IMG/VR virus record: IMGVR_UViG_3300023181_000036
Span: 1-53,286 of that record
Direction: 5' to 3' (one strand)
Length of the DNA: 53,286 nucleotides
DNA from: a virus
Lineage: Duplodnaviria; Caudoviricetes
Each line of letters opens with the position of its first letter. The stretch's first letter is position 1. Shown here piece by piece: positions 44,851 to 53,286 of the stretch. The notes beneath the pieces are model-generated. The model ran no database searches. It had not been told where the DNA came from and saw only the letters and a list, made by a program, of their open reading frames with translations. The position numbers and the translations under genes were made by a program.

Positions 44851-45299
44851 CTACGTTCGCTGACCCTATCGAAGCTGACGACGACATTAACAGGTCGTTC
44901 AAGACGGCATGGGATACAGGCGCGAAAGTCATTGCGGGGTACGCGCCTGTAGTGCGATGGCAAGGCGTCGTAGAAGCTGTGCCTAATCCGTTGCAGGCAT
45001 GGGTTCGTGTGACGATTGCGCCAGTGATGACGCAGCAAGTAGCGCTTGCGGATGCGAATGGTAAACGCCGTGACGAAACAAGCGGTATCGTTACGGTACA
45101 GGTATTCACGCCGATGTCTCAACAAGACGGCTGGCTGCTTGCGAAGCGGCTTGGTGTTCTCGCACGAAAACCTTTCTTGCGCCGGTCTTTATCTGGCAAA
45201 ATATGGTTTCGTCGTGCGCGCATCATCCCTTTGAATCCTGATGGTGAGTTTCATCGGCTGAACGTCATAGCCGAATACGAATATGACGAATTGAACTAA
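44847..45299 (+). CDS. Tail terminator protein
   Basis: WVRVTI, GIVTVQVFTP, NVIAEYEYD. Confidence 0.75.
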   Translation: MTTFADPIEADDDINRSFKTAWDTGAKVIAGYAPVVRWQGVVEAVPNPLQAWVRVTIAPVMTQQVALADANGKRRDETSGIVTVQVFTPMSQQDGWLLAKRLGVLARKPFLRRSLSGKIWFRRARIIPLNPDGEFHRLNVIAEYEYDELN

Positions 45300-45312
45300 C
45301 GGAGTTTCCATC

Positions 45313-46830
45313 ATGCCGGATAAAATCGACAGTAACATCACAAGCGCCGCATTTGCGGAAGAAGCGACGATTGGCGTGCTGCCCGGTTCTCCGGTGTGGT
45401 ACCGCGTGGAGCCGAACAGTTTCGCTGAAACTGGCGGTGACGTAACGACCGTCGCACGTGCGCCCATCAACCCGTCGCGTCAGCGCCGCAAAGGCACAAT
45501 CGTTGACCTCGATTCGTCGTACGGTATGAATCACGACTTCGTGATGACCGGACTCATGCGCGCGTTGCAAGGATTCTTCTTCGCAGCGGCGCGTGAAAAC
45601 GCCGACTCGCAAAGTCTCGCAATCGCGCCCATCGCACTGACCGCCACGACCGTCACGACGTACACCGCTGCCGCTGGCCTGGGCGCGTTCAAGGCAACCG
45701 ACATCGTATTCGCCTCCGGCTTTGCTACGGCTGCGAACAACGGTATCCGCGTGCTGTCTGCCGCATCGGCGACGACCCTGACGACCACGGGCCTGACCGT
45801 CGAAGCTGCCCCGCCCGCTGCCGCCCGCGTGCAGACTGTGGGCACGCAGTTCGCATCCGCCGACGTGAACGTTGCCAACGTGACCGCAGCGAACTTCGCG
45901 CTGACGTGCACGGCGTTCGACTTCACGACGTTGGGCCTGACTCCGGGCGAGTGGATTTACCTGGGCGACGACATCGCGGGCAACCGCTTCGCAAACAACC
46001 TGGGGTACGCTCGCGTGCTGTCGGCTGCGGCGAAGGTTATCGTTCTGGATCAATCGACCTGGACTCCGGTAAACGAAGTCGGTACCGGCAAGACGATCCG
46101 CATGTACTACGGCACGGTGTTGCGCAACGAGAAAACGCCAAGTCTGATTGTGCGCAAGTCCGTGCAGTGGGAACGCCAGCTTGGCAATGACGGCAACGGT
46201 ACTCAATCCGAATACGTCACCGGCGCTGTCGCTAACGAAATGTCGCTGAACGTGCCGATGACGGACAAGATGAACGTTGACCTGGGGTACATCGGTATCG
46301 GCAACGAACAACGCACCGGCACAACCGGCGTCAAGGCCGGTACGCGCGTCGAACCGCCGTTGGAAGGCGCTGTCAACACGTCTACCGATGTGGTGCGCAA
46401 CCGCCTCGCCATCGTTGACCCCACGACGATGAATAACACCGGCCTTGTCGGCTACTGCCAAGAAATCACGCTGACAATTAACAACGGCGTGACTCCGAAC
46501 AAAGCTATCGGCAAGCTGGGTGCCTTCGACGCTACGGCGGCAGACTTCGCGGTTGACGGTGAACTGACCGCCTATTTCAGCGACATCCGCGCAGTGCAGG
46601 CCATCCGGCAGGTTGCCGATGTGGGCTGGAACTACATCGCGGCACGGGCAAACAAGGGGTTCATTTGGGACTTGCCGCTGCTGACCCTGGGCGGTGGCCG
46701 TGTCAACGTGGAGAAGGACTCCGCGATCACCATTCCGGTGACGGAAATGGGTGCAGAGAACGCGCTGGGCTACACGCTCATGTACGTTGAATTCCCGTAC
46801 TTGCCCACAGTGGCAATGCCGGTTCAGTAA
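45313..46830 (+). CDS. Major tail (tube) protein
   Basis: DSN...AEE..G, PINPSRQRRKG, LTINNG, GELTAYF; RBS GGAG. Confidence 0.88.
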   Translation: MPDKIDSNITSAAFAEEATIGVLPGSPVWYRVEPNSFAETGGDVTTVARAPINPSRQRRKGTIVDLDSSYGMNHDFVMTGLMRALQGFFFAAARENADSQSLAIAPIALTATTVTTYTAAAGLGAFKATDIVFASGFATAANNGIRVLSAASATTLTTTGLTVEAAPPAAARVQTVGTQFASADVNVANVTAANFALTCTAFDFTTLGLTPGEWIYLGDDIAGNRFANNLGYARVLSAAAKVIVLDQSTWTPVNEVGTGKTIRMYYGTVLRNEKTPSLIVRKSVQWERQLGNDGNGTQSEYVTGAVANEMSLNVPMTDKMNVDLGYIGIGNEQRTGTTGVKAGTRVEPPLEGAVNTSTDVVRNRLAIVDPTTMNNTGLVGYCQEITLTINNGVTPNKAIGKLGAFDATAADFAVDGELTAYFSDIRAVQAIRQVADVGWNYIAARANKGFIWDLPLLTLGGGRVNVEKDSAITIPVTEMGAENALGYTLMYVEFPYLPTVAMPVQ

Positions 46831-46867
46831 CCGCAGGGGCTTAGGCCCTTGCATAACGGAGTTTTGA

Positions 46868-47317
46868 ATGTCACTGTCCAAACAGTTCAAGGTTAGCGAT
46901 AAGCTGGAGCAAGACGGCGCACCGATTCGTTTCGACGCCGACGCTAACGGCAAGGTGCCGTGCTTCTGGATTCGCCGTGTCGGCGGGCGCGAGAACGCGT
47001 ATCAAAAAGTCGTTGACCGCATCATGGAACCGCATCGCCGTGCGCAGGAAGTTGGTGCGCTGCCGAAAACGTTGCATGAGCAACTGCGCATCGAAATGTT
47101 CGCTGAAGGCGCGATTGCCGGATGGGAAAACGTGCTGTGGTCGGATGTTCGCGCCCCTGCCAATACGCAAGCGCCTGACAGCTATGCGCCGTACAGCAAG
47201 GAAAACGCAATCGCGCTGCTGAACAACCTGCCGGAACTGTACGGTGAACTCCTGGCGTTCGCGGTGCAGCGTTCTACATTCCTTGAAGTGAATTTGGAGC
47301 AAGACGCAAAAAACTAA
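46868..47317 (+). CDS. Tail assembly chaperone (G-like)
   Basis: Lies between tube and TMP; ends at slippery A AAA AAC. Confidence 0.85.
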   Translation: MSLSKQFKVSDKLEQDGAPIRFDADANGKVPCFWIRRVGGRENAYQKVVDRIMEPHRRAQEVGALPKTLHEQLRIEMFAEGAIAGWENVLWSDVRAPANTQAPDSYAPYSKENAIALLNNLPELYGELLAFAVQRSTFLEVNLEQDAKN

Positions 47318-47670
47318 CCGAAGTCCTTATCTACCGGCTTGACTACCCAGGCAAGCAGGAGTCATCACTAGCCAAGCAGGTTTATAAGGACACAGGGAAG
47401 ATACCGGAGCGGATTGAAAAAGCTCCGAAGTTGCTCGAAGGATTGCAGTTCTACTTCACGGCCTTTTTCGACCTTGACCGCGAAAGAGGTATTGGACTTA
47501 ACGGACGTGAACCGATAAGAGGCAGAGCCATCAGAGAGTACGCGGAGGATGAAGGAATGGACCGCGAACAGTATGAACGGCTTCAGTATCTGATAACGGA
47601 AATGGACGATGCGTTTCTAAAGCGACTTGCAGAGAAAAGACCGTCACCGCCGCAAGGCAAAAGGAAATAA
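47308..47670 (+). CDS. -1 frameshift extension of the tail chaperone (GT-like)
   Basis: Heptamer AAAAAAC at 47308-47314; the -1 frame is open through ORF 47431-47670. Confidence 0.85.
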   Translation, partial: KKLTEVLIYRLDYPGKQESSLAKQVYKDTGKIPERIEKAPKLLEGLQFYFTAFFDLDRERGIGLNGREPIRGRAIREYAEDEGMDREQYERLQYLITEMDDAFLKRLAEKRPSPPQGKRK

Positions 47671-47672
47671 CA

Positions 47673-48098
47673 GTGGCCCGTACGCTCCTAGATTTAGCAA
47701 AGTCGATGGAACGTCGGGCCGCTGCACTTCCGGCAGGACCAAACGCACTCGCCATCGACGTAGCGCGTGCGATCCTCGCGGACTTTGGACGTATCTCGCC
47801 GGTCGATACATCGTTGTTTGTGTCAAACTGGCAGGTAACGTTAGACGGCAAGCCGATGACGTATCGGCCAGCGTATTTTTACGGTGAACTAGGTAGCACG
47901 CGCGGTGCAAGTGTTGGCGCGATGCTCGCAGACGGTGAAGCGGTGCTTGCAACGAAGAAGCCCGGACAACGGATTTACATATCGAACGTTCTGCCCTACG
48001 CGCATGTTCTGGATACCGGACATGCGAAACAAGGCCCAATCGGCTTCAGGGCGCGTGCTGCGCTGATAGGTAGAAAGATGGTGGCTAAGAATGGCTGA
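47673..48098 (+). CDS. HK97 gp10-like tail completion protein
   Basis: SPVDT...SNWQV, IYISN.LPYA..L..G. Confidence 0.8.
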   Translation: MARTLLDLAKSMERRAAALPAGPNALAIDVARAILADFGRISPVDTSLFVSNWQVTLDGKPMTYRPAYFYGELGSTRGASVGAMLADGEAVLATKKPGQRIYISNVLPYAHVLDTGHAKQGPIGFRARAALIGRKMVAKNG

Positions 48099-51000
48099 CG
48101 AAACAATTCATATCGTCGTAGAAGATAAGGTATCCGACGTACCGCGCCAGAAGATTGAAGCGCTCGGCAAAGTCGCGCGTGAAGCCCACACGCAGATCAG
48201 CACGCTAAAGGAGCAACTGCGCAGTATCAACGTAACGTCCGTTCGTAAGCTTCAAGACGAAATGGACAAGCAGACGACGGCCACGACCCGGCAGGCGTCG
48301 GCCCTGGCGCGCATGGAAGCCGCCCAGGGGCGCGCAGAGGCGGCGCAGGCCCGTGCTACCCGCGAACAGGCCCGTGCAGCCACGGAAACCCAGCGTACGG
48401 CCCTTGCAGCCCAACGTGTAGGCACTGAGCTTGAACGCACGAATGCTGTCCTGGCGCGCACTGAAATTGCAAAGGCAAAAGCAACTGCCGCCAGTGAGCG
48501 CGCGACACGTGCGATGGACAAGGAAGGTGACGCCGCCGTAAAGTTGTACCGTACTGTTGAAACTGCACGTGCCAAGCAGGTAGCTGCACAAGCACAGCAA
48601 GACGTAAACGCAGTCTACGCCCCAGGGCTTGTCAATTCTTCACGCGGCACAGCACGTAGCAGCGCTTCAGTGTTTATTGAAGACGCAAACGCGAAAGCAA
48701 AAGCCGCTGCCGAAACGGAAGAACTTGCACGCCGTACTGATCGCTTGAAGTCTGCGATTGATCCGATGTACGCAGCGCAGATGCAGGCGAACCGTACCAT
48801 CGCAGAAGCGACCGCGTTGCGCAAGGCTGGTGCCATTTCAGAGCAGACGTATACGCAAGCCGTGAACATGGCAACGGCTGCGATGAATCAGAATGCCGGT
48901 GCGCAGAAGCGTATGGGCGATGCCGCGAAGCTGAATCGTTTCCAAATCCTCACGTTGCAGTACACGGTCAACGACGTGATTGCCTCCCTGGCGTCCGGCG
49001 CGAGCCCGCTGACAATCCTTCTCCAACAGGGCGGGCAGGTGACGCAGGCATGGGGCGGCGCAGCCAATACCTTCCGCGCCTTGGGTACCGCCCTGGCAAG
49101 CCCGCTGGGGCTGTTCACGGCCCTCACGGCGGCGGTAGCGGGCGGTTTGCTGATCGTTGACCGGGCGACCTCGGAATTCAAGGGCTTTGAGCGTCAGCTT
49201 GCGCTCACGGGCGGCAGTGCTGGCCTGTCGGCAGGGCAGTTCATCCAAATGTCGGACACGATTGCGACTGCCTCTAACAAGTCTATTTCGTCGTCACGTG
49301 ATGTAGCTATGGCGTACGCACGTACAGGTCAACTGCAACGCAATGAAATCGAGCTACTGAGCATCGCAACGCAGAACTTCTCGAAGCTTACAGGCGATAA
49401 GTCTGAAGACATCGTTAAGTCCTGGAGCAAGATGACGGAGGGGCCTGCGAAGTTCGCCCGCGAATTCAATGCGCAGTACAACATCCTCACGACCGCGCAG
49501 TACGAGTACATCCGCGCATTGGAAGAATCAGGCCGTAAGCAGCAAGCCGTAACGGAACTGTCGCGCATCCTGTACAACTACTACGGCAAGGAAGCGCCGA
49601 CGAGCCTCGGCATCCTAGAGCGCGCCTGGAACGCTGTGGGCAGGGCTATCACGAATGCCTATACGAAGACGAAAGACTTTGGCCGTCAACAGACGATCCA
49701 AGAACAACTTGTAGCGGCGCAGGAAGCATTGACGAAAGCGGAGTCAGGTCCGAAGGACATCCGCTCTACGAACCGTAGCGCTGACCCGACAGCCGTGAAG
49801 GACGCGAAAGACCGTATCGCGCTGTTGCAGGAGGCATTGCGACTAGAGACGCGCGTGTCAGAGAACAAGGCGATGCAGGCGCAAACGCAACGTGACGGCG
49901 TTGAGGCGTCTGAAGCGCTTAACAACATGTCGGCAGAGATTGCAGATAACGCAGTCAAAGCCGAACGTGCGGTTGCTGCGTTCCGCGCGAACATTGCGAA
50001 GCTGTCGAAGGCCAACCCAAACAGCGAAGTGCTGAAGTACAACGTTGACAATCAAGCAGCTATCGAAGCGGGTATCCGTAAGAAGTTTATGCCTGATGCA
50101 GCGAAGGCGTCGAAGGATGCTGCCAAGGCGGAAGAAACACGCGCACAGTCAATGGCGATTGTTAACGCAGAATTGAACAAGCAGTTAAACGCGCTTGGTG
50201 TTCTGAAGCATGAGCGTGACATACAAGTCAAGATGGATGAAATCGAAATCAGCTTGCAACGTAAGAAAGTTACGTTGAATGATGCTGAACGCATTGGCAT
50301 TGAAAAGAAGATCAAGACCATCGTAGACAATGCACGTGCGCAAGCCGCAATGGACGCAGCGTATGAAACCGCAGTGGGACCGTTGCGCAACTACGGCGAA
50401 GCGCTTGCAGCGGCTGACGCGCTGTACCAGAAGGGGACAATCTCCCTGGCAGAGAACCTGCGGCAACAGGCGGTTGCGAAAGAAACGTATCTGGACATCA
50501 TCGACCCGTTGCGTGCGATGAATCGCGCACTTGACGAACAGGACCGGCTTCGTGGTAAGTACGGCAAGGCACGCGATGTCGAAACGGAAATGTTGCGTGC
50601 TGAAGGCGCGTTGCGTGCGCGTAACGGCGGCTTGATTACGGCAGAGACTCAAGCGCAACTTGACGCTTACCGTACACGTGTCGAAGGTCAAACCGAAGCG
50701 ATTGCGGTTGACAGGGCACTTAACAGTATCTACGACGATACGGCAGGTAAGCTGGAGACGATCCGCGTCAAGCAAACCGCGCTTACGCAAGCGATGGACC
50801 GTGGCTACATCGGCGCTACGCAATATGCGCTAGGCATGTCCGCGCTGCGCACCGAACTGTTTGACGTGTCTGTGGCGATGGGAACAGACACGTTCAGTGA
50901 CCGCGTTGCCGAAGCGTTTAACAAGAATATCAAGACGATGGAAGACACGCTTGTTGGCTTCGTTTCGACAGGCAAGTTTGAAATCAAGTCGCTCGTTACG

Positions 51001-51471
51001 AGCATGCTTGCCGACTTCGCCCGCCTGGAAATCCAGCGTACCGTTACGGGTCCGATGTCGCAACAACTGAGCGAGGGCGGCGGCTGGGGCGGGCTCCTGA
51101 AAGCTGGCCTTGGCTACCTGATGGGCGGCAATACGGCGAGCGGCTACGGTACCGGCATCGATGCTACGGCACTGCCAACCGGCGATTTCGCGCGTATGGA
51201 TCGCATGAAAAGCTACGATGTGGGCACGCCTTACGTTCCACACGATCAGATCGCAAAGATTCACAAAGGCGAGCGCATCCTGACCGCCCAGGAAAATAAG
51301 CGCGGCAGTGCACGCGGCGGCAATACAATCCACTACGCCCCGACAACGCAAATCACGGTCGATGCGCGTTCCGACCGCGAGGATGTCTACCGTAACGTAG
51401 AAAGCCAGCTTGACGCACGCGATAAACGTCAACGTGAATACTTCCAAAACATAGGTTTGGTAAATGACTAG
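48091..51471 (+). CDS. Tape measure protein
   Basis: 1126 aa, helical; LLQQGGQ; C-terminal YVPHDQIAKIHKGERIL. Confidence 0.93.
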   Translation: MADETIHIVVEDKVSDVPRQKIEALGKVAREAHTQISTLKEQLRSINVTSVRKLQDEMDKQTTATTRQASALARMEAAQGRAEAAQARATREQARAATETQRTALAAQRVGTELERTNAVLARTEIAKAKATAASERATRAMDKEGDAAVKLYRTVETARAKQVAAQAQQDVNAVYAPGLVNSSRGTARSSASVFIEDANAKAKAAAETEELARRTDRLKSAIDPMYAAQMQANRTIAEATALRKAGAISEQTYTQAVNMATAAMNQNAGAQKRMGDAAKLNRFQILTLQYTVNDVIASLASGASPLTILLQQGGQVTQAWGGAANTFRALGTALASPLGLFTALTAAVAGGLLIVDRATSEFKGFERQLALTGGSAGLSAGQFIQMSDTIATASNKSISSSRDVAMAYARTGQLQRNEIELLSIATQNFSKLTGDKSEDIVKSWSKMTEGPAKFAREFNAQYNILTTAQYEYIRALEESGRKQQAVTELSRILYNYYGKEAPTSLGILERAWNAVGRAITNAYTKTKDFGRQQTIQEQLVAAQEALTKAESGPKDIRSTNRSADPTAVKDAKDRIALLQEALRLETRVSENKAMQAQTQRDGVEASEALNNMSAEIADNAVKAERAVAAFRANIAKLSKANPNSEVLKYNVDNQAAIEAGIRKKFMPDAAKASKDAAKAEETRAQSMAIVNAELNKQLNALGVLKHERDIQVKMDEIEISLQRKKVTLNDAERIGIEKKIKTIVDNARAQAAMDAAYETAVGPLRNYGEALAAADALYQKGTISLAENLRQQAVAKETYLDIIDPLRAMNRALDEQDRLRGKYGKARDVETEMLRAEGALRARNGGLITAETQAQLDAYRTRVEGQTEAIAVDRALNSIYDDTAGKLETIRVKQTALTQAMDRGYIGATQYALGMSALRTELFDVSVAMGTDTFSDRVAEAFNKNIKTMEDTLVGFVSTGKFEIKSLVTSMLADFARLEIQRTVTGPMSQQLSEGGGWGGLLKAGLGYLMGGNTASGYGTGIDATALPTGDFARMDRMKSYDVGTPYVPHDQIAKIHKGERILTAQENKRGSARGGNTIHYAPTTQITVDARSDREDVYRNVESQLDARDKRQREYFQNIGLVND

Positions 51472-52111
51472 ACTTGTTATCGTACCGCCCGCAACGTTTG
51501 AAGCCGGAGACATGACATCTGGCGTCATGCGTTCGGACGTGAACTACAACGAAGGTCCGACAGGCGAAAGCGATACCGAAGTCATGGGACCGCCGCGCTG
51601 GACAATGATGCTTGCATCAGAAGCCCGCGTACCGGATTGGCTGTCGGCATTGTGGCAAGCCATGATCCTTGACCTTGATGGCGCAATCAACTACCTTGCA
51701 GTGCACGACATTTATTGTCCTGTGCCGAAGGGTACGTTCAATATCGGCTTGACGACGAAAATGTACGCTACCGCAGCCGCTGGCGCGACGACTTGCGTAA
51801 TCGATGGCACTGCCGGTAACGCAGGCAAGACGCTGTTACGCGGTGATTGGTTCGGCGTCAATCAAGCCACAACAAATCGTCAAGCGTTGTACATCATGGA
51901 AGATGCTGTTGCGGACGGAAATGGACGCATCACAGTACGGTTTAAGAATTACCTTCGTGTTCCCGCTGTAGCAAACAGCGCTGTCGTTTTCGACAAGCCC
52001 ACATGGCTAGGACGTCAGAAGCCGGAATCGGCAAGCTCGGCATGGAAGACGACGAACGGCTACGGCGCACGCGGCGGCTATAGCGTAGACATCGTGGAGG
52101 ATTGGGAATGA
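51464..52111 (+). CDS. Distal tail protein
   Basis: Directly after the TMP. Confidence 0.65.
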   Translation: MTRLVIVPPATFEAGDMTSGVMRSDVNYNEGPTGESDTEVMGPPRWTMMLASEARVPDWLSALWQAMILDLDGAINYLAVHDIYCPVPKGTFNIGLTTKMYATAAAGATTCVIDGTAGNAGKTLLRGDWFGVNQATTNRQALYIMEDAVADGNGRITVRFKNYLRVPAVANSAVVFDKPTWLGRQKPESASSAWKTTNGYGARGGYSVDIVEDWE

Positions 52112-52695
52112 GCGTCGTAACGAACACAGGTTTCGACAACCAAGCCGCAAGCGGTGTGTACACGTCGGTGAATCTGGCGAAATACGAATTCGCAACAGGA
52201 CCGTTGTTCCTTGCCGCCTACCCGTTGAACATCGTAGCGTTCGGCGAGACGTTCCAAGGCGTGAAGAAGTTCAGTATGAGCGGCCTGAAGGAAAGCGAAG
52301 ACGGCGGGCCGCAAAAGCATGAGCATTACCTGAACCCGCTGAAAGAATCGCTGCTTGCATACGCGATGGGTGATCCTTCGGTGTACATGGATCGCCCCGT
52401 AACGGTGTGGCTTGCCATGCTGGACCCCGCGACCGGCCAGCTTGCCGGAGAACCTGTCGTACGCTTCAAAGGCGTCATGGCAACAACGCACATCGAACGC
52501 AAGAAAGACAAAAGCCGTATCAAGCTGATATGCCGTAGCGGCTCCTACGACGAAACGAGTGACCCTGACAGCCTGCGGTACACGAACGCGCAACAGCAAT
52601 TCGAGTACACAGGTGATCGCGGCATGGAACAAGTACCGCAACTTGTGGGCAAGGCTCGTCCCTGGCTCAGTGAACGTTTTCAGCAGCAACGATGA
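52108..52695 (+). CDS. Tail tip / hub protein
   Basis: F.G.M, RYTNAQQQ..Y.GD.G pattern; position. Confidence 0.65.
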   Translation: MSVVTNTGFDNQAASGVYTSVNLAKYEFATGPLFLAAYPLNIVAFGETFQGVKKFSMSGLKESEDGGPQKHEHYLNPLKESLLAYAMGDPSVYMDRPVTVWLAMLDPATGQLAGEPVVRFKGVMATTHIERKKDKSRIKLICRSGSYDETSDPDSLRYTNAQQQFEYTGDRGMEQVPQLVGKARPWLSERFQQQR

Positions 52696-53087
52696 AACAC
52701 CTTGAAGACTACATTGCCGCGCATCGGTACGCCGATTTCAAGTGGCTGGAACACGACTGCATCAGCTTTGGTGGCGATTGGGTCATGGTATGCCGTGGCA
52801 AAGACCCAATCCCCGAATACAGGGGCTACGGCTCGCCTATGGAGGCTTTTCGCGCCCTGCGGGCCATTGGCGGCTTTCGCGGCCTGGGGAATAAGCGCTT
52901 CGGCGCTGAAGTTCGGCCTGCTTTCATGCAGCGCGGAGACGTGGCGCTTGTGCAGAGCGGACGGAAAATCGGTCTAGTCTCCGGTTATACCTTCGGAGTC
53001 TGTACCGGAACGCATATCGCAGTACCTACCGCAAAAGGTGTCGCATTCCTGCTTGTCACTGCGGGGGTAGCGGCATGGCGCGTCTAA
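52692..53087 (+). CDS. NlpC/P60-like tail tip assembly protein (DUF6950-like)
   Basis: FKW.EHDC..F, G.DP...RG, RGDV, GVC.G, AWRV. Confidence 0.8.
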   Translation: MKHLEDYIAAHRYADFKWLEHDCISFGGDWVMVCRGKDPIPEYRGYGSPMEAFRALRAIGGFRGLGNKRFGAEVRPAFMQRGDVALVQSGRKIGLVSGYTFGVCTGTHIAVPTAKGVAFLLVTAGVAAWRV

Positions 53088-53286
53088 TCGCATTACTCTT
53101 GCTGCTGGTGTGCGTCCCGGCGCATGCGGACCCGTTCTCGCTTATCGCAATGGCGATTGTGGCGGTTGGTGAGTACGTCGGCGTACAGGCGTTTCTTATC
53201 TATGCTGGCGCTGCGCTTGTCGGCGGTGCAGTCGCACGGAACAAACAGAAGCGCGCAAACGAGTCGGCAAAGAATGCCTAACGATT
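53075..53286 (+). CDS. N-terminus of the J-like tail tip protein (continues into 5..3028)
   Basis: Translation matches the start of ORF 5..3028; the apparent stop at 53279-53281 is caused by the 2-nt loss in the terminal copy. Confidence 0.85.
53155..53286 (+). repeat. Terminal direct repeat, right copy
   Basis: Same sequence as the window start. Confidence 0.95.

Larger units (their letters stand above)
1..53286. mobile_element. Complete or near-complete tailed dsDNA bacteriophage genome, siphovirus-like, probably lytic, probably with a proteobacterial host
   Basis: Terminase, portal, capsid, tail tube, TMP, lysis and replication modules are present; the ends are redundant; no integrase is recognisable; lipoprotein and OM-barrel genes imply a Gram-negative host. 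Confidence 0.95.

Noticed and set aside
45265-46953. Long antisense ORFs (also 14956-16257, 30872-31795, 36371-37189)
   Set aside because: They shadow well-supported genes on the opposite strand, as expected from GC-rich codon bias

Overview
The window is an essentially complete ~53.15 kb dsDNA tailed phage genome with a siphovirus-type tail (tail tube, tape measure, no sheath). It is opened inside the J-like tail-tip gene, and 53155-53280 repeats 1-126. Modules: tail tip and fibres (1-8727, +); replication/recombination (8724-19409, -: family A polymerase, clamp-like protein, SLOG protein, SF2 helicase, Cas4-like nuclease, DUF669 SSB, AAA ATPase, dUTPase); a divergent HTH gene plus primase (19627-22302, +); small leftward early genes (22570-27008); a non-coding control region (27046-28240) with an AT tract and IHF, DnaA, Fis-like, dif-like and G-run sites; rightward accessory genes (DUF4326, PagP-like barrel, VRR-NUC, Top6A/Spo11-like protein); lysis; terminase, portal, capsid; and tail genes. 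I saw no integrase, reverse transcriptase, tRNA or CRISPR array. The most unusual signals are: (1) a Pol A with paired E710Q/Y766F-equivalent active-site changes; (2) a phage-encoded PagP-like outer-membrane barrel; (3) an NPF/PW short-motif network shared by several unrelated proteins, plus an SSB-tail mimic; (4) a cluster of host chromosome-factor sites; (5) a stand-alone Top6A-like protein. All family calls come from motif recognition by eye, not database searches.
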